Below, one piece after another: positions 37,845-51,487 of a stretch of 64,000 nt of DNA. The notes beneath the pieces were generated by a model. The model saw only the letters and a list, made by a program, of their open reading frames with translations, was not told where the DNA came from and did no database searches. Source of the stretch: Heterodontus francisci (lineage: Eukaryota); NCBI RefSeq assembly GCF_036365525.1, contig NC_090404.1, forward strand, positions 9,920,001 to 9,984,000, written 5' to 3'. Position 1 is the first letter of the stretch, and each line of letters starts with the position of its first letter. The position numbers and the translations under genes were made by a program.

Positions 37845-40230
37845 AAGATAAACAAAGACAAGGCCTAGTGTAATATAAATAGAGACAGGGCCTAGTTTAA
37901 TACAGACAGAGAGAGGGCCCAGTGGAGTATAAACAGAGACAGGGCCCAGTGCTGTAAGCACACAGATAGAGTTCGGTGTAACATAAAAGAGAGACGACGC
38001 AGTCCCGTGATAACTGAGACAGGGTCTAGTGTAATATAAACTGAGACAGGACTACTTAAATATAAACAGAGACGGGGTCTAGCGTAATATAAACAGACAG
38101 GGCATAGTGTAATATGAAGAGAAACATAGTCCAGTGCAGTAAGAACAGAGATAGGGTCCAGAGTAATATAAACAGACACAGGGTCCAGTGTACTATAACT
38201 GGAGACCGGGTTCAGTGCAATATAAAGAGAGATGGAGTATAGTATAATTTTAACAGAGACAGAGTATAGTGTAATAGATACAGAGATATGGTCTAGTGTA
38301 ATATAAACAGAGATAAGGTAGAGTGTAATATAAACAGAGATGGGGTCTAGTGTAATACAAACAGAGACAGGCCTGGGGTAATAGATGCAGAGTTGGAGTA
38401 TAATGTAATATAAACAGATACAGGGTACGGTGAAATATCAATTGAGAAGGGGTTCAGTGTAATATAAACAGAGATGGGGTATAGTTTAATATAAATGGAG
38501 CAGGGTCTGGATTAATATAAACAGAAACAATGTATCGTGTAACATAAACTGAGCTGGAGTTCCAGTGTAACATGAACAGAGACAGAGTATCGTGTAATAT
38601 AAACAGAGATACGGTCAAGTGTAATATAAACAGATATACGGTCTAGTGTAAACAGAGACAGGGTCTTGTGTAATATAAATACAAACAGGGTATAGCATAA
38701 TAGAAACTCAGACAGAGTCGATCGTAATATAAACAGAGACTGGGTCTGGTGTAATATAAACAGACAGGGCCTTGTGTAATAGAAATTCAAGCAAGGTATA
38801 TTGTAATATAAACAGATAAAAGGTTTTGTGTAATATAAACAGAGACTGGGTCCTGTGTAATATAAATAGAGATGGGGTCTAGTGTAATATAAACAGAGAC
38901 AGGGCCTTGTGTAATAGAAATTCAAGCAAGGTATATTGTAATATAAACAGATAAAAGGTTTTGTGTAATATAAACAGAGAGGGGGTCTCGTGTGATGTAA
39001 AGAGACAAGGTCCAGTATAATATGAACAGAGAGAGAGAGAGATCCTAGTGCAATTTCAGCACAGTATTGACGAAGAGGCTTAGACATGTTCTATCGGAGT
39101 AATAACAGGAGCATGGTCCCGTGTAACATAAACTGAGACATTGACCAGTGCAAAATTAATTGAAACTGGGTTTTGTGTAGTGTAAACAGACGCAAGGTTT
39201 GGTGCAGCAAGAACTGAGACTTTGCCAAATTTAATATAATCAGAGACATGGTCCTGTGTAGTAACTGCTGAGATGGGGCCTAGTGCTGAAATAACTGAGA
39301 CAGTGACTGGTGCAATATGATCAGAAACAGGCTCTATTATGATGAAAAGATAGACAGGGACTTGTGCAGGAATGCTGAGACAGGGCCTTGTGCAACAATT
39401 ATTGATACAGGACCTACAGTAACATAAACCAACTACTTTAATAATTACTGAGACAGGGGCCTACTGCAATACACACTGCGATTGCGTCTCGTGCATTGAT
39501 AAAAGGCACCGTCTAATGTAATTTAAACAGATAGATGATCTCGTGTAATAGGAAGTGAGCCGACTGCAGTAATAATTGAGATAGAGTCTTGTGTAATGTG
39601 AACAGGAACATGGTATAATGTATTCATAAGTGAAACAGGGTAGAGTATAAGAAAAACTGAGACACGACCGAGTGCAGTTTTCACTGATGGAGGACATTGT
39701 CCAATATAAATGGAGACAGACCCTATTTCAGTATTTACTGATGCAGGACCTCGATTTATAGGAGCTGAGACATGGAAAAGTGCAGGAAGAGGTGAGACAG
39801 GGTGCCCTGTAGGAGTAACGGAGAGATGGTTCAGTACAGTAATAACAGAGACAGGGCTTTGTGTGATAGAAACAGAACCGTGGTCTAGTGCAGTAATGAC
39901 CTAGACAGAGTATTGTGTGATGCAAGTAGAAACATCGTCTATTACATTAACACCTCAGATCGGGCCAATGTCGAAATAACAAAGGCATGAACTGCTTTTC
40001 TGTGATGACAGACAATGTTTGTTGGAATATAAATAGGAAAATGACCGAGTGGAAGATAAACAGAGACACACATCTAGTATAATGTAGAATAAATCAGGCT
40101 CTAGCTTCACATAAACTGGGACAGAGCCTCGTGCAATATGTACAGAGACAAGGTCCAGTGTAATATAAACAGAGACAAGGTCGAGAGCAGTGATAACTAA
40201 GGCCGCATCTGGTTCATGTAATGTAAACAA
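37845..40230 (+). repeat. Large 27-bp minisatellite array (~2.4 kb)
   Basis: GTAATATAAACAGAGACAGGGTCTAGT consensus; near-exact internal duplication 38751-38845 / 38884-38980. Confidence 0.92.
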
Positions 40231-40749
40231 TCTGGCTTTCACTGACACCTGGTGATTGTGTTGGCCATTGATCCTATTGTGAAAATGTCGATGTCAGTTG
40301 CTGTTTCTGATATCAGTCCACCAAGAAACAACTTGCATTGAGATACCACCTTCTCTAGGTGGTCTCGAAATTTGAGGTGCAATTAATGGCAGATGATGGT
40401 GGCCCATTTGTGCACAGAAACATCAGTAATGGAACAAAGTGGCTGAACTCCTTTAAATGTATTTTTGTTGATCTTGGTTCAAGGGGATCCGGCACTTGTG
40501 GCAGAACCTGCCTCTCAAGGATTGACCTTCACAGGCAACAGCAAAGCTGCACCAAGAGAATACACGCTCCTAAGTGGATGTTTTGCTGCGTGTCCATCAT
40601 GTTTCAAGATGGAAGGATGTCAAACCATGGTTGAAGGGAGGATTGTAGGCACAAGGACAGTGTGGGGGCCATGGAAGCTTTAATGCCCACATCAACAGAC
40701 AAGGAGAATGGGAGCGATTATTGATTCACGATATCACCTGAAAGACAGT

Positions 40750-41750
40750 GAGTGCGATTTTCCCCGATACTTTAAGTGCTAAGGAGCCTCCAATGGAGCC
40801 AAGGTGGGATCTCAAGCTGAAGCATTGATTTATCCCGCGTTTAATGGAAGATACCATCTTGGTAAAAGAATTGACGCTTGTGCTCGGATCAGTCACCCGG
40901 AGGATCATTCAGCTGCTGATTGTCACTGAAATCGCCTGTTCACGCTCATTGAAGAGGCTGCGCTCCATTTTGGTAACGAGCACTTGACCGAGCCTCTCGA
41001 GAAACAACAACCAGCTTATTGGGAGAACAAGTTGTTGCAGAATTTTTCTGCGCTACTTTAATGTACATCGCATTTTACCGTCCACTTACTACTGGAAGAG
41101 GACATTTGAAACCCATCAAAAGAATTTCTGGGACACCTTTTCGACTTCGCCAACACCCTATAAACATTTATTCTTGGAATTGTCTGAGGGCCTCATCCAA
41201 AAAGTGTAAGAACTGTGCAACTTGACCTGGTAGCATTCACTGAAGAAAAGAAGCGCTTTATCATCGGCATCTTGCTGGCTGGATGAATGCGGGGCGGGCA
41301 TAATGCCAGGCAGAGGAGCACCAGCTGCTGCAGGATAGTGAGACAGGAGGGTGAGGTGGTGTCCTTCCCCATTGCTGATACAGGACATCCCAGCTCCCCG
41401 GATCTCCTCCAGCAGGACCTACAATGCTGTTTCTGAGAATCTGTGCACCCACTCAATTAGTTCCTGAGTCACCCTGCAACCTGTGACCGTGTGTCAGTAA
41501 AGCCACCCAAACTGAGAGTAGAAGTGGGTGCATGGAGCCCACATATTCTGCTTCAATAAAATTGTGCTTAATCAGCACTTGAATGTTAAATTTGCAGGTC
41601 TCTGCTTTAGTGCCTCCAGGCAAGTTCAATTATTGTAATCAGCAATTAGGATCAAAATTGGCTGCTAAATCCAGACATTCAAACTCGGGTTTTTCATTAG
41701 CACAGTGCCCACTTAGCGCTTGTTTTTACTCTTTCACCAAAATAACTCCC
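40750..41750 (-). mobile_element. Harbinger/PIF-like DNA transposon relic (Myb/SANT-like ORF fragment ~41345-41455)
   Basis: Minus strand HRFSETAL*VLLEEIRG/WDVLY..GRTPP; weak inverted termini. Confidence 0.5.
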
Positions 41751-42259
41751 AAAGTGTTTCTTATATATACGTGTGTGTATGTGTACAAAACACATCAGAC
41801 TGTTTACAATTCCACAAATATAAATAGTTGTCTTCACCCATTCTTAACCATTTATTTAATTCAAAATGTAATTGCAGACCAAGGGTGATGAGCAGCTACC
41901 TAACAGTCTCTGTGCTTTATTGTTAAGTGATCACCTCACCATCACACAGAAGCTGCTGGTATATACCTCGTGTGTGTGATGATTTATGGAAGTGATAATA
42001 AAATGAAACTACCTGCACCTGGCGTGAAGTTAAAATAAACTGCAAATAACTCATTTATTACGTCCCTCCTTTCCACAGGAATGAATCATTTGCTGCTGTC
42101 CAAGTAATTCCGCACTATTTCTGTTTCCACAGACTTTATTTTTTAGCCTGTTAGTTTCACTATTTCCTCCCCGACACCTTGCAGTAATTTCTATGGTTTA
42201 GTTCATTTATAACTGAGGCACAAGCTACCGTTTTGTAAGAAGTGACGTGATTTAGTGGA

Positions 42260-43966
42260 ATAAATAGAGATATGGCCTCGTGCCGCTTTAACTGAGAAAC
42301 AGCCTAGCATAATATAAACAAATAACATGGTCTAATGGAATATAAACAGCGAAATCGACGTGTTAAATAAAGTTATAGCCTTGTTCAATTGCATTAAATG
42401 ATCTGCAATTGCGTTTTGAATAGAAGGAAATAAATGCTGAAACATAATTTATTTAAGGCTGGAGTTATTCTCCTTAGAACAAAGCAAATGTAATGAAGGT
42501 GGGACATGATTTTGTGTAATGTAAGGGGGACTTGATCTAGTGCAGAAATAACTGAGCAAAGCCTAATGCATTATGAACAGATAAATGGTTTCCTGCACTA
42601 ATAACAGCACATGGTCTAATTTGGTAATCTGAGACAGGGCCTAGCATAACAGAAACAGAGATATCGTCCAGTGCAGTAATATGTGAGACATGAACTCGTA
42701 TAATATGAGCAGCAGCATGGTCAAGAGCAATAATAAAGGAGACAGTGTCTCGTGTAACACCAACAAAGACAGGGTCTCGTGATATATCAGCAGAGATTTG
42801 ATTTAATCGAGTAATAACTGAGGCAGGGTCTGGTGCAATGGAAATAGAGACATGATTTAATAACTCAGAGAGGAGGTGGTGCAATTTAAACAGAGAGAGT
42901 GTGAGAGATGGTCTAGTGTAGTAATAGCAGAGACACAATCTTGTTTAATATGCTAAGAGGCATACTTTAAAAAAAACTGAGACGAGACCATAGTAACATC
43001 AACAGAAATAGGGACAAGTGTAATGTAAACAGGGTCGAGTATAATGTAATGTCATGTGTACACAACGCCATGTATATGTTTATATTACATTAGACCTTGT
43101 CTAATTTCTCATTCCACTAAGCCATAGACTACTCGAGTAGAAAAGTAATGATTATGCTAAACCTTTGCAAACAGCGGTAGGCCTCAGCTGGAGTCATGTA
43201 ACAATCTGCCAGAGATGAATTGAGACTGAGCGACAGGACTAAAGGTCAGCAATAATGTACCACACTTTATCCTACTGCGTGACAAACTGTTAGGCTAAAC
43301 TTCATTGATTCACACTTGTGTTAAAATGTGATAATTTTTCACAATTTCTTTTCACTGTTAAGGATTTTCTATTTAGACCTCCTGACTGTGTCATACAGAG
43401 TCTGGAACTATGACCACGCAGCACAGCCCCATGGGCTGCCGCAGTAATAACAGTGACAAGTCCTAGCATAATACTAAAAGCAACATGGTCTCGTGTAATA
43501 CAGGTTGAAAATTATTTCGTGTAATATAAGAGGGACATGATCGAGTGCAGAAATAACTGAGCAAAGCCTAATGCATTAAGAACAGACAAATGGTCTCCTG
43601 CATTAAGAACTGCACATGGCCTAATGTAGTATGCTGAGACAGAACCTAGTGTAATATAAACAGAGACATGGTGCAGTGCAGTAATAACTGAGGCAGGGCC
43701 TAGTGCAATATGAGTAGAAACATAGTGTAGTGCAGTGATAACCTAGAATGGGTCATGTGCAATATAAAAAAGAGATGTCTAATGCAATGCCAACTGAGAT
43801 AATGTCTAGTGTAATATGAACAGCGACAGGGTCTAGTGCAGTCATAAATGAGGCAAGGTCTAGTGTAAATTTAACTTAATTCTGTAGCTCTCAACTGCTA
43901 GATCGGAACAACCTAAAACTGAACCAAACACACATATAAGTGTAAATGTATGTGTATGTATGTGTA

Positions 43967-44000
<34 letters not shown>

Positions 44001-44340
44001 AGAAATCACATCATTATTAATACTTACAAGTGGATTCGACAAAGACGGATAATTATCTTCACAGATTATGTTTTAGCATTTTATTTCCTTATATTCAAAA
44101 CGTAATTGCAGATCATGTGATATATTTGACCGAGGCTCTAAATTTATTACACCAGACGATTCTGCTGTTTATATTACACTATGTCACGTCTCCACCTATG
44201 TTAAGCTAGATCATGTCTCTTTTATTATTGCATTGCACCATGTGTCAATTTATATTGCACTAGATCCAGTCTGTTATAACCACACCGCACCATACATCTG
44301 TTTATAACACATTAGCCTTTGTCTCAGTACTCATTGTACC
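42260..44340. repeat. 27-bp minisatellite blocks in both orientations plus (TA)n(TG)n
   Basis: Plus blocks 42260-43040 and 43450-43870; minus block 44150-44340. Confidence 0.75.
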
Positions 44341-44359
44341 AGGCCACAGACTACTCCAG

Positions 44360-45900
44360 TAACGAAATAATTGTTATGATAAACTTTTAGAAAACGCCAA
44401 TGGGCCTCAGCTGGAGTATTGTGTCCATTTCTGTGTGCCACATTTTCAGAAGGTCATCGGGGCCTTGGAAAAGGTCCAGAAAGATTTTCTAAAATGGTAC
44501 CAGGGATGAAAGATTTCTGTTACGTTGAAGAAACTGAAGAAGCAGAGGTTGCTCTGCTGAGAGTAGAGAAGGTTAAAAGGAGATTTCATAGAGGGGTTCA
44601 AAATCATGAAGCGTTGATAGAATATATAAACTGAAAATATTTCCAGTGGCAGAAAGGTGGACAACCAGAGGACACAGATTAAAGATAAATAGCAAAATAA
44701 CCAAAAGCTACATATAAATGACTTGGATCTTGGAAGACGGAGTATAATCTCAAATTTTTGCCGATGACACCAAACTTGGAGGTGTGACAAACAGTGAGGA
44801 TGATATAAACTGACTGAAACAGGGCATAGATAGGCTAGCAGAGTGGGGAGACAAGTGACAGATTGAATTTAATGCTAACAAGTGTGAGGTGATGCAATTT
44901 GTCAGGAGGAATAGGGAGAGGCAATATATACTGAATGGCGCAGTTCTGAAGCATGTGCAGGGGCAGAGGGAAATGGACAGGCATGTGCATCGATCATTGA
45001 AGGTGGAAGAATATATTGAGAGAGTGGTGAGTAAAGCATTTGGGATCTTGGGCTTCATAAACAGAGGCGTTGAGTACAAAAACAAGGAAGTTATGCTGAA
45101 CCATTGCAAAGCTCTAGTTAGGCCACAACTGGAGTATTGCGTTCTGTTCTGGTCACCACTCTTTAGGAAGAATGAGAGAAATTTATCAGAATGGTTCCAG
45201 GAATGGAGGATTTTGGTTGCAGGGTTAGGTTGAAAAAACTGGAGTTATTTTGCTTAGAACAAAGGGGATTGAGGGTGAATTTAATAGAAATATACATGAC
45301 TTTGACAGGCTTAGGTAAGTTAGAGAAGGAAAACCCATTCACATTAACTAATGGTACAAAGACTAGGGGACACAGATCGCAGGATTTGGGCAAGTGGTAC
45401 AGAGGGAATATGAAGAGGAACATTTTTACGCAGTGGGTGGTAATGACCTGGAACTCGCGGGCCTCAGGGTGGTGGAAGCAGAGACAATAAATGACTTCAA
45501 AAGGAAATTGGATGGCCATTTGAAGAAAATAGACTTGCAGGCTTACAAACTTCGCGTGGGGCTGACTGAAAAGCTCTTTGGAGGGCCAGCATGGACACAA
45601 TCGGCCGACTAGCCTCCTTCTCTGCCGTAAAAGACACTATAACTCTACGACGCTCAGCAGATGAAGGGGAAGATAAATAACAGACCAAAATTGTTATGAT
45701 CTGGAATATACTGCCAGAAAGTGTGGTGGAAGCAGATTGAAAAATGACTTGTGAAAGGGACATTAATAAATATTGCAAATGGAAATAATTGTGGAAATAG
45801 CAGGGAGTAGTGGAATAATTGGAGAGTTCTTTCGAAGAGCTGATACAACCCCGAAAGGCTGAACGGCCTTCTTCTCAGCTTTATCGTTGTCGGAGTTTAT
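44360..45900 (+). mobile_element. Stacked old CR1 fragments
   Basis: PQLEYC twice, ADDTKLGG, CR1 tails. Confidence 0.85.
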
Positions 45901-47499
45901 GATTTACCAGCTTAATCCGATGTTCCATTTTTACACGTATTGCTAATAAAAAGACCAAAAGAAGCGCTTTTCATGACCACAGGGCGTCTCAAAGGCTTTG
46001 CATCCAATGAACTACTTGTAAAGTGCAGTCACTGCTATAATGTAGGAAATTCAGCAGCCAATTTGCACACAGCAAGCATACGAACACACGAATTAGGAGC
46101 AGGAAGAGATCACCCGGCCCCTCCACAAGCAGCAATGTGCTAGTGACCAGATAATCTGATTTTGTGATGTGGATTGAGGGATAAATATTGATCAGGACAC
46201 AGGGATAACTCCACTGTACTGGTTCGAAATAGTGCCATGGGATCCTTTAGACCTGAGAGGGCAGGCAGCACCTCAGTTTCATATCCCATCCGAAAAACGG
46301 TATCTCTGACATTGCAGAACTCCACTGGAGTGCCAATGTAAATTTTGTGCTCATGTCCTGGATTAGGAATTGAAACTGGAACCTGCTAACTGAGAGGGGA
46401 GATTGTTACCAACCAAGCCAAGGCTGATGATCGGCGGTCGTTGCTAATTAAAATATAGATCAAGGAGGAATCGGTAAATGGAACTCCAGGCATTTAACTG
46501 TTCAACTTCGGATATAGATACAGTGTTACATCAGACAGAGTCTGGACCTTTCAGGTATTCCCCCGTAATGTACAGTATGGCTGGTAGTACAGACACTGCC
46601 TGTGGAAGTGAACTTGAATCCAACACCGGAATAATCATTTAGAAGGTAACCCAAAACTTCGCAATAATCCAAAGGCTATGTAGGCAAAGTCGGCCATTTT
46701 CTACAGAAGAAACGTCAGTGGACTGTGAATCGTTAAAGAATTGGTGATCAATAATAGGTTAAGAAAGATCAATCGATTGGGAGTGGTGAAAGGCTTTGGA
46801 AACATTGATTCATTAAGAGACATCAATCGGTTTCAAGTTATCAATTGTTTGAGAAAGTTTGTTGTTGTAGATCCATCAATAGATTGGAATCATCAATGGA
46901 TTGAGAAACAACTAATGTTTGGGAAACTAGATGCAGAACAAAGATATTGAGAAATATCATTTGTTTTAAATCTGAAAACAGATTAACCCTTCCTCTTTGT
47001 ACAAGAGGGAAATATCTATTGATCTGAAAATGTCTCTCTGTCTATTTGTTTCTGTTAGTTGGCGCAGAGACAGTTTGTTTCTCTTGATAGCAGGGTAATG
47101 AGCGGGAATGGGAACTTTGCACAAATCGGATTAATAATGCTAGATTATGGGAGAGAGTCTCTTATACAAGGGGGAGCGGTCAGTTGGGAATCCATCAACT
47201 CAGCGCCATTCCCCTAAAAATGCATCACCAATTATACCTCAATATTAATAATGCATTTTGCAGCGCCTTGGAACATTCGGAAAGTGTTTCAAGGTATAAA
47301 TTCGGAGCAGAAGTTTGTGTGGAAAATTAATTACTGAATATCCCCATACTGACATCTTATCGGAGGCTTTATATCCATACAGCAGTTTTCCACGATACTA
47401 AACAAGTCTAACACAGAAGTGCAACTGGATGAAAATCAGGATTTTGCATTAAGATCATGCTATAGAGCACTGGCCTGAGAATCACGTTCAAAATTGTGA

Positions 47500-47760
47500 T
47501 TGAAATCACCAGATTCAGCAACATCACCAACTCAGCTCTGTCTGGCTGATATACCATGGCCACTCTAACCATATGTCTCCATCCTGCTCCTATTTCTTAT
47601 GCTCTTATATTATCGATTGACAAGGGAGTCAAGGGTTATGGGGGACAGGCAGGAAAGTGGAGCTAAGACCACAACCAGATCAGTCATGATTCTATTGAAT
47701 GACAGAGCAGGCTCGAGAGGCCAAATGGCCTACTCCTGCTTCTAATTCGTCGGTTCTTAT
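47500..47760. mobile_element. Two short CR1 3' tails in opposite orientations
   Basis: gagcaggctcgagaggccaaatggcctactcctgc (+) and a related minus-strand piece. Confidence 0.55.
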
Positions 47761-49808
47761 CGCAGTGACCCTGTACCATCAATCTGAGTAAATCTCACTG
47801 AAGTACTGAACTAGTGAACTATTTATTCAGTGAATGAATGGACTGAATGGAGAGGCTCTGGAGAGTGTGATTATGGGAGTTAAGGACATTTGAATTTGCG
47901 ACCACAATGTGTAATACCCACAGGATATATTTCAATGTGGCAATGACTTACAATGAATACAGGTCGGTCAAGAAAGTCATAGTTCATGCTCCTTTTACAT
48001 GTCCTGTTTAGAGTACTATGACTGTACCAGTCTCACAGAGGAGAACGTCTTTATTTAGAGAAGTGGAAAAAATGTACCCAATGGTTTGCTGAATTTCTGC
48101 CGTGATTGAACTAATTCGGGTGAGGATAGGTTGAATGCTTTGTTGTACATGAAAGGACCACATGTTCAGAAATATTACAATCGTCCCTTCTCAACCAAAT
48201 CATATTCTCCCTTTACATCTTTGAGACGAAAATTTATCAGCAACAAAGAAGGATCATCTGTACCGCAGGGATATCTCTCGAATTCTCTTGGTTAATTGAG
48301 CTCGTTTGTTCTAGATATCCTTGGGATTGAAATGATGCAGAAAATCAGGAAGGATTGAAAGCGTCAGACTGATACAAATGAAATAAAAGGGCGTCAACTG
48401 AGGAATAGTCAATCAAGTAATGAGAATGTAAAACAGCATCTTTCAGTCCCATCTATCTATCCATCCGTCAATCCATTCAAAAGAACTTTCATAAATACAT
48501 GCAGACATACAACAATATATTCATTCCTGCATCACTGCATCTGGTGCTCCATCCACACAAACAAGCATATTTATCTATTTCAGAATGTACCCTCTCTCTG
48601 AGGCCCTCTCTGTCTTTCTGCCTGTTTATCTATCTATCTATCTATCTATTACAATGTTATGATAGTCTGGAGAAATTCTCCAGTGGACTGTTGCTACTAA
48701 CAGGGTGTCTGAGACACTGGATATATTTCCTTTTGTGAGATGGGAATAGTTCACATAGTTCCACAACCGAAAAAATAAAATTATCTCCAGCGTTGTTGCT
48801 GGGTAGATTTGCTTCTGAATCGGCCTCATTGACAATGTTCAGGGTCTGAAGTTGGCTTGCAGCCAGGCGGTTAGCAACGAGGAAACAGATCTTTGATTTA
48901 CTGCACAGAATCCCAGATGCTTCCTGTAAATGGCATTGGGTGTTCGAGCCTCTCTGGCAGCAGTCGGCTGGGCTGCTGCCAAATACTGTGTGGGCCACAT
49001 GAGCGTGAATATGAATGGACAAAGATGTGATTGAGGCATTTGAAAATTGAAATTTCCAGCAGCGCTCTTGCAAACAAAACATTTTACGTGGTACCGCATC
49101 TAAAGAATGATTTTTGGTAAATTCAGTGCTCAGATCATGATCAAATGGGAGCGCAAAATAATAAATGGACCCACACGACCATTAAATATAATTCTAGATA
49201 TGTAGGACTATTTATTCTGTACTGCATGAAGTTCTAGAGAGAGATTTTAATGACCCCACAATCCGTATTGAGATATTGGGAATCGCAAAGTAAATAAATA
49301 AATTCGGTGGAATTACCTTGAACCCGCTGCATTTCCTTGAATTTTCTCACAGAGCTGTGAATCACATTCAAACTAAAGACTCCTTTATTACTGATAGCAG
49401 CTACACACTACAGTTTAATTTATGATTATTTGGATTGTTTAACAAGCCCTCTCATAGCCAGGCTACCAATGTGTGGTGAAATGTCCAGTTTATAATCCGT
49501 TTCCACAGTCGATAAAACGTTTATTCTTGTGATATTCTGTAGCATAGCTTTAATTCCTGATATACTGTGTTCCTGATACCAGTGGATGTTGCACTGTCGC
49601 TATTAAAGTTAGCTGCAATGATTTGGGAGTCGGGGGATAGATTTGCTGTTCGCCGGATCCGCTCTGATTCAGTAGATTCTCTTTTTCGAATAAGAATCTG
49701 ATTTTTCGTGTCACTCCTTAATTATCAGGCAAGCGGACTTCTTTTACAGCCAATTTTCAAAGGGCTGGCTTCGAGTCACAGAGTCAGGTGCAATTCGAGA
49801 AATACAGA

Positions 49809-49827
49809 GGGAGAGAGGGAGAGAGAT

Positions 49828-49859
<32 letters not shown>

Positions 49860-49864
49860 AGAGA
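49809..49864. repeat. (GA)n microsatellite upstream of VH
   Basis: Direct. Confidence 0.9.
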
Positions 49865-50329
49865 TTTGTATAATATGAGGCTTCTCTACTCAATCTGGTC
49901 TTAAATCGTGTAACTACAGCCATTCACACTGCAAATAGAATCACTTTACTGATATCCCGCATTGAGTTGCATAAATTGATACCAATTCATATTATCGGGG
50001 ATATTTTATTGGTATAGATTGAAGGGATTGATAGAGAGAGATGGATTAACACATACTAACAGTCACTTTAGACCTTGACAATGTAATTTATTCTTAGAGA
50101 TTCACATGCCCTGTGAAGAGTTGAGAAAATAAAGAGATTTAATTCACAGTCCACAATGCAATTATTTATTACTGAACACATTCTCAACTGCAACATCTCC
50201 ATTTACTAGCAAGTAACACATTGCATTCAAACCATACCGTCAAATAGCTATCCCTGGGTTGAGATAAAAAGTTCACATTAAATAATATCCCAGTGTAATG
50301 ATATGAGTCCATTCTGTTGATGATGTGGA

Positions 50330-50420
50330 AGGTGGGACGTGGATCCAGTCACCGCCTCTATCAGGGAATCAATAGGCGGCGCCTGTAACCTCGCCCCCTT
50401 CTGCCGGCTATTTAAATGCC
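50330..50420 (+). promoter_or_regulatory. VH promoter region
   Basis: TATTTAAA at 50409-50416, 99 nt before the ATG; GC-rich boxes; no ATGCAAAT octamer seen. Confidence 0.6.
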
Positions 50421-50507
50421 TGTCACTGGGACCGCAATACAACAGTCCGGGAGCCGGTTTGCTCAGTGAGTTCTTACCAGAACCATTTTCCCCGAATTAC
50501 CAGAAGG

Positions 50508-50553
50508 ATGAGGTCGGCGATTTCTCTCAGTCTGTTACTGGTTTTTTTGTCCC
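50508..50553 (+). CDS. IGHV: VH leader exon, cluster 2
   Basis: MRSAISLSLLLVFLS+C|gtgagt, 46 nt, phase 1. Confidence 0.95.
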
Positions 50554-50681
50554 GTGAGTAGTTTTTATTGTCCGAGTCTCTCACTGTTACTGTCTCAGTG
50601 TTAGACTCTCTCAGGACTGTTACGGAGTCAGGAATCATTTCACCAGGATTAATCCTCGGGGTTTTTGATATTTTTTTACAG

Positions 50682-50986
50682 GTGTCCATTCGGATTATGT
50701 GTTGACTCAGCCAGAGGACAAGACTGGGAAACCCGGAGGCTCCCTGAGACTGACCTGCAAAACCAGCGGGTTCACTCTTAGCAGCGCTTACATGCACTGG
50801 GTCCGACAGGTTCCCGGGCAGGGGCTGGAATGGATAGTTTATTACTATAGTTCATCCAGCAATGCTTACGCGCCAGAGATTAAGGATCGATTTACTGCGT
50901 CCAAAGACACTTCAAACAACATCTTCGCTTTGGACATGAAGAACCTGAAGACCGAAGACACCGCCATCTATTACTGTGCCAGAGAT
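50682..50986 (+). CDS. IGHV: Germline VH exon, open
   Basis: (R)[61 protein letters not shown]; both Cys and the Trp are intact. Confidence 0.98.
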
Positions 50987-51025
50987 CACAATGAGAAGAA
51001 CCAGGGCTGGACCCGTACAATAACA
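50987..51025 (+). other. VH 23-RSS
   Basis: CACAATG-23-ACAATAACA. Confidence 0.93.
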
Positions 51026-51406
51026 CATGGAGAGGGAATTCAACAACTTCCATCATAATCTAACGGTCAGTAATTGTATTAAATACAACATTAATGGCAG
51101 TGTTCAGAACCACCGCCTCTTACAGAACTAACACAGTGAAAATTCAATGGTACTAATCGAAGAAACTAACCGATGTTCAGATGAGTAATTTTGGCTGAGA
51201 TGATTTTTAATGTTAACAGTGTCTGCAATTGCACACCTGGATAAGATGTTGGTTTTAATGTGACTGATACCTGGAGAGAGTTACTTGGAGCGGTGTTCAC
51301 TTTCTATTGTATAGTGTAAACCTTTGGATATATTTTGAACTAGATCAGAAACGAATTTCTATTTGGAGTGAATATTGAGAGGCAATACTGAACAGAGAGT
51401 GACTGC

Positions 51407-51487
51407 AGTATTTGTGCGAGTTCGTGTCACTGTGGGTACAGCAGTGGGTCACGGTGCTATACAGAGTGAGTTCCTCATACAAAAACC
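51407..51487 (+). other. D1 segment (51435-51449) with 12- and 22-spacer RSS
   Basis: AGTATTTGT-12-CACTGTG-GGTACAGCAGTGGGT-CACGGTG-22-ACAAAAACC. Confidence 0.96.

Noticed and set aside
37845-40230. 27-bp repeats as a CRISPR-like or RSS array
   Set aside because: Contiguous degenerate units with no unique spacers and no heptamer-spacer-nonamer geometry; vertebrate DNA.
46530-46710. Minus-strand acceptor followed by hydrophobic SLWIIAKFWVTF*MIIPVL (TM exon?)
   Set aside because: Internal stop, no recognisable TCR/Ig TM motif and no partner exons found.
46741-46950. ORF with 6-aa periodicity
   Set aside because: Reflects a degenerate ~18-bp DNA repeat (atcaatcgattg); no coding evidence.
48657-49099. 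141-aa minus-strand ORF upstream of VH
   Set aside because: No domain or splice support; likely chance.
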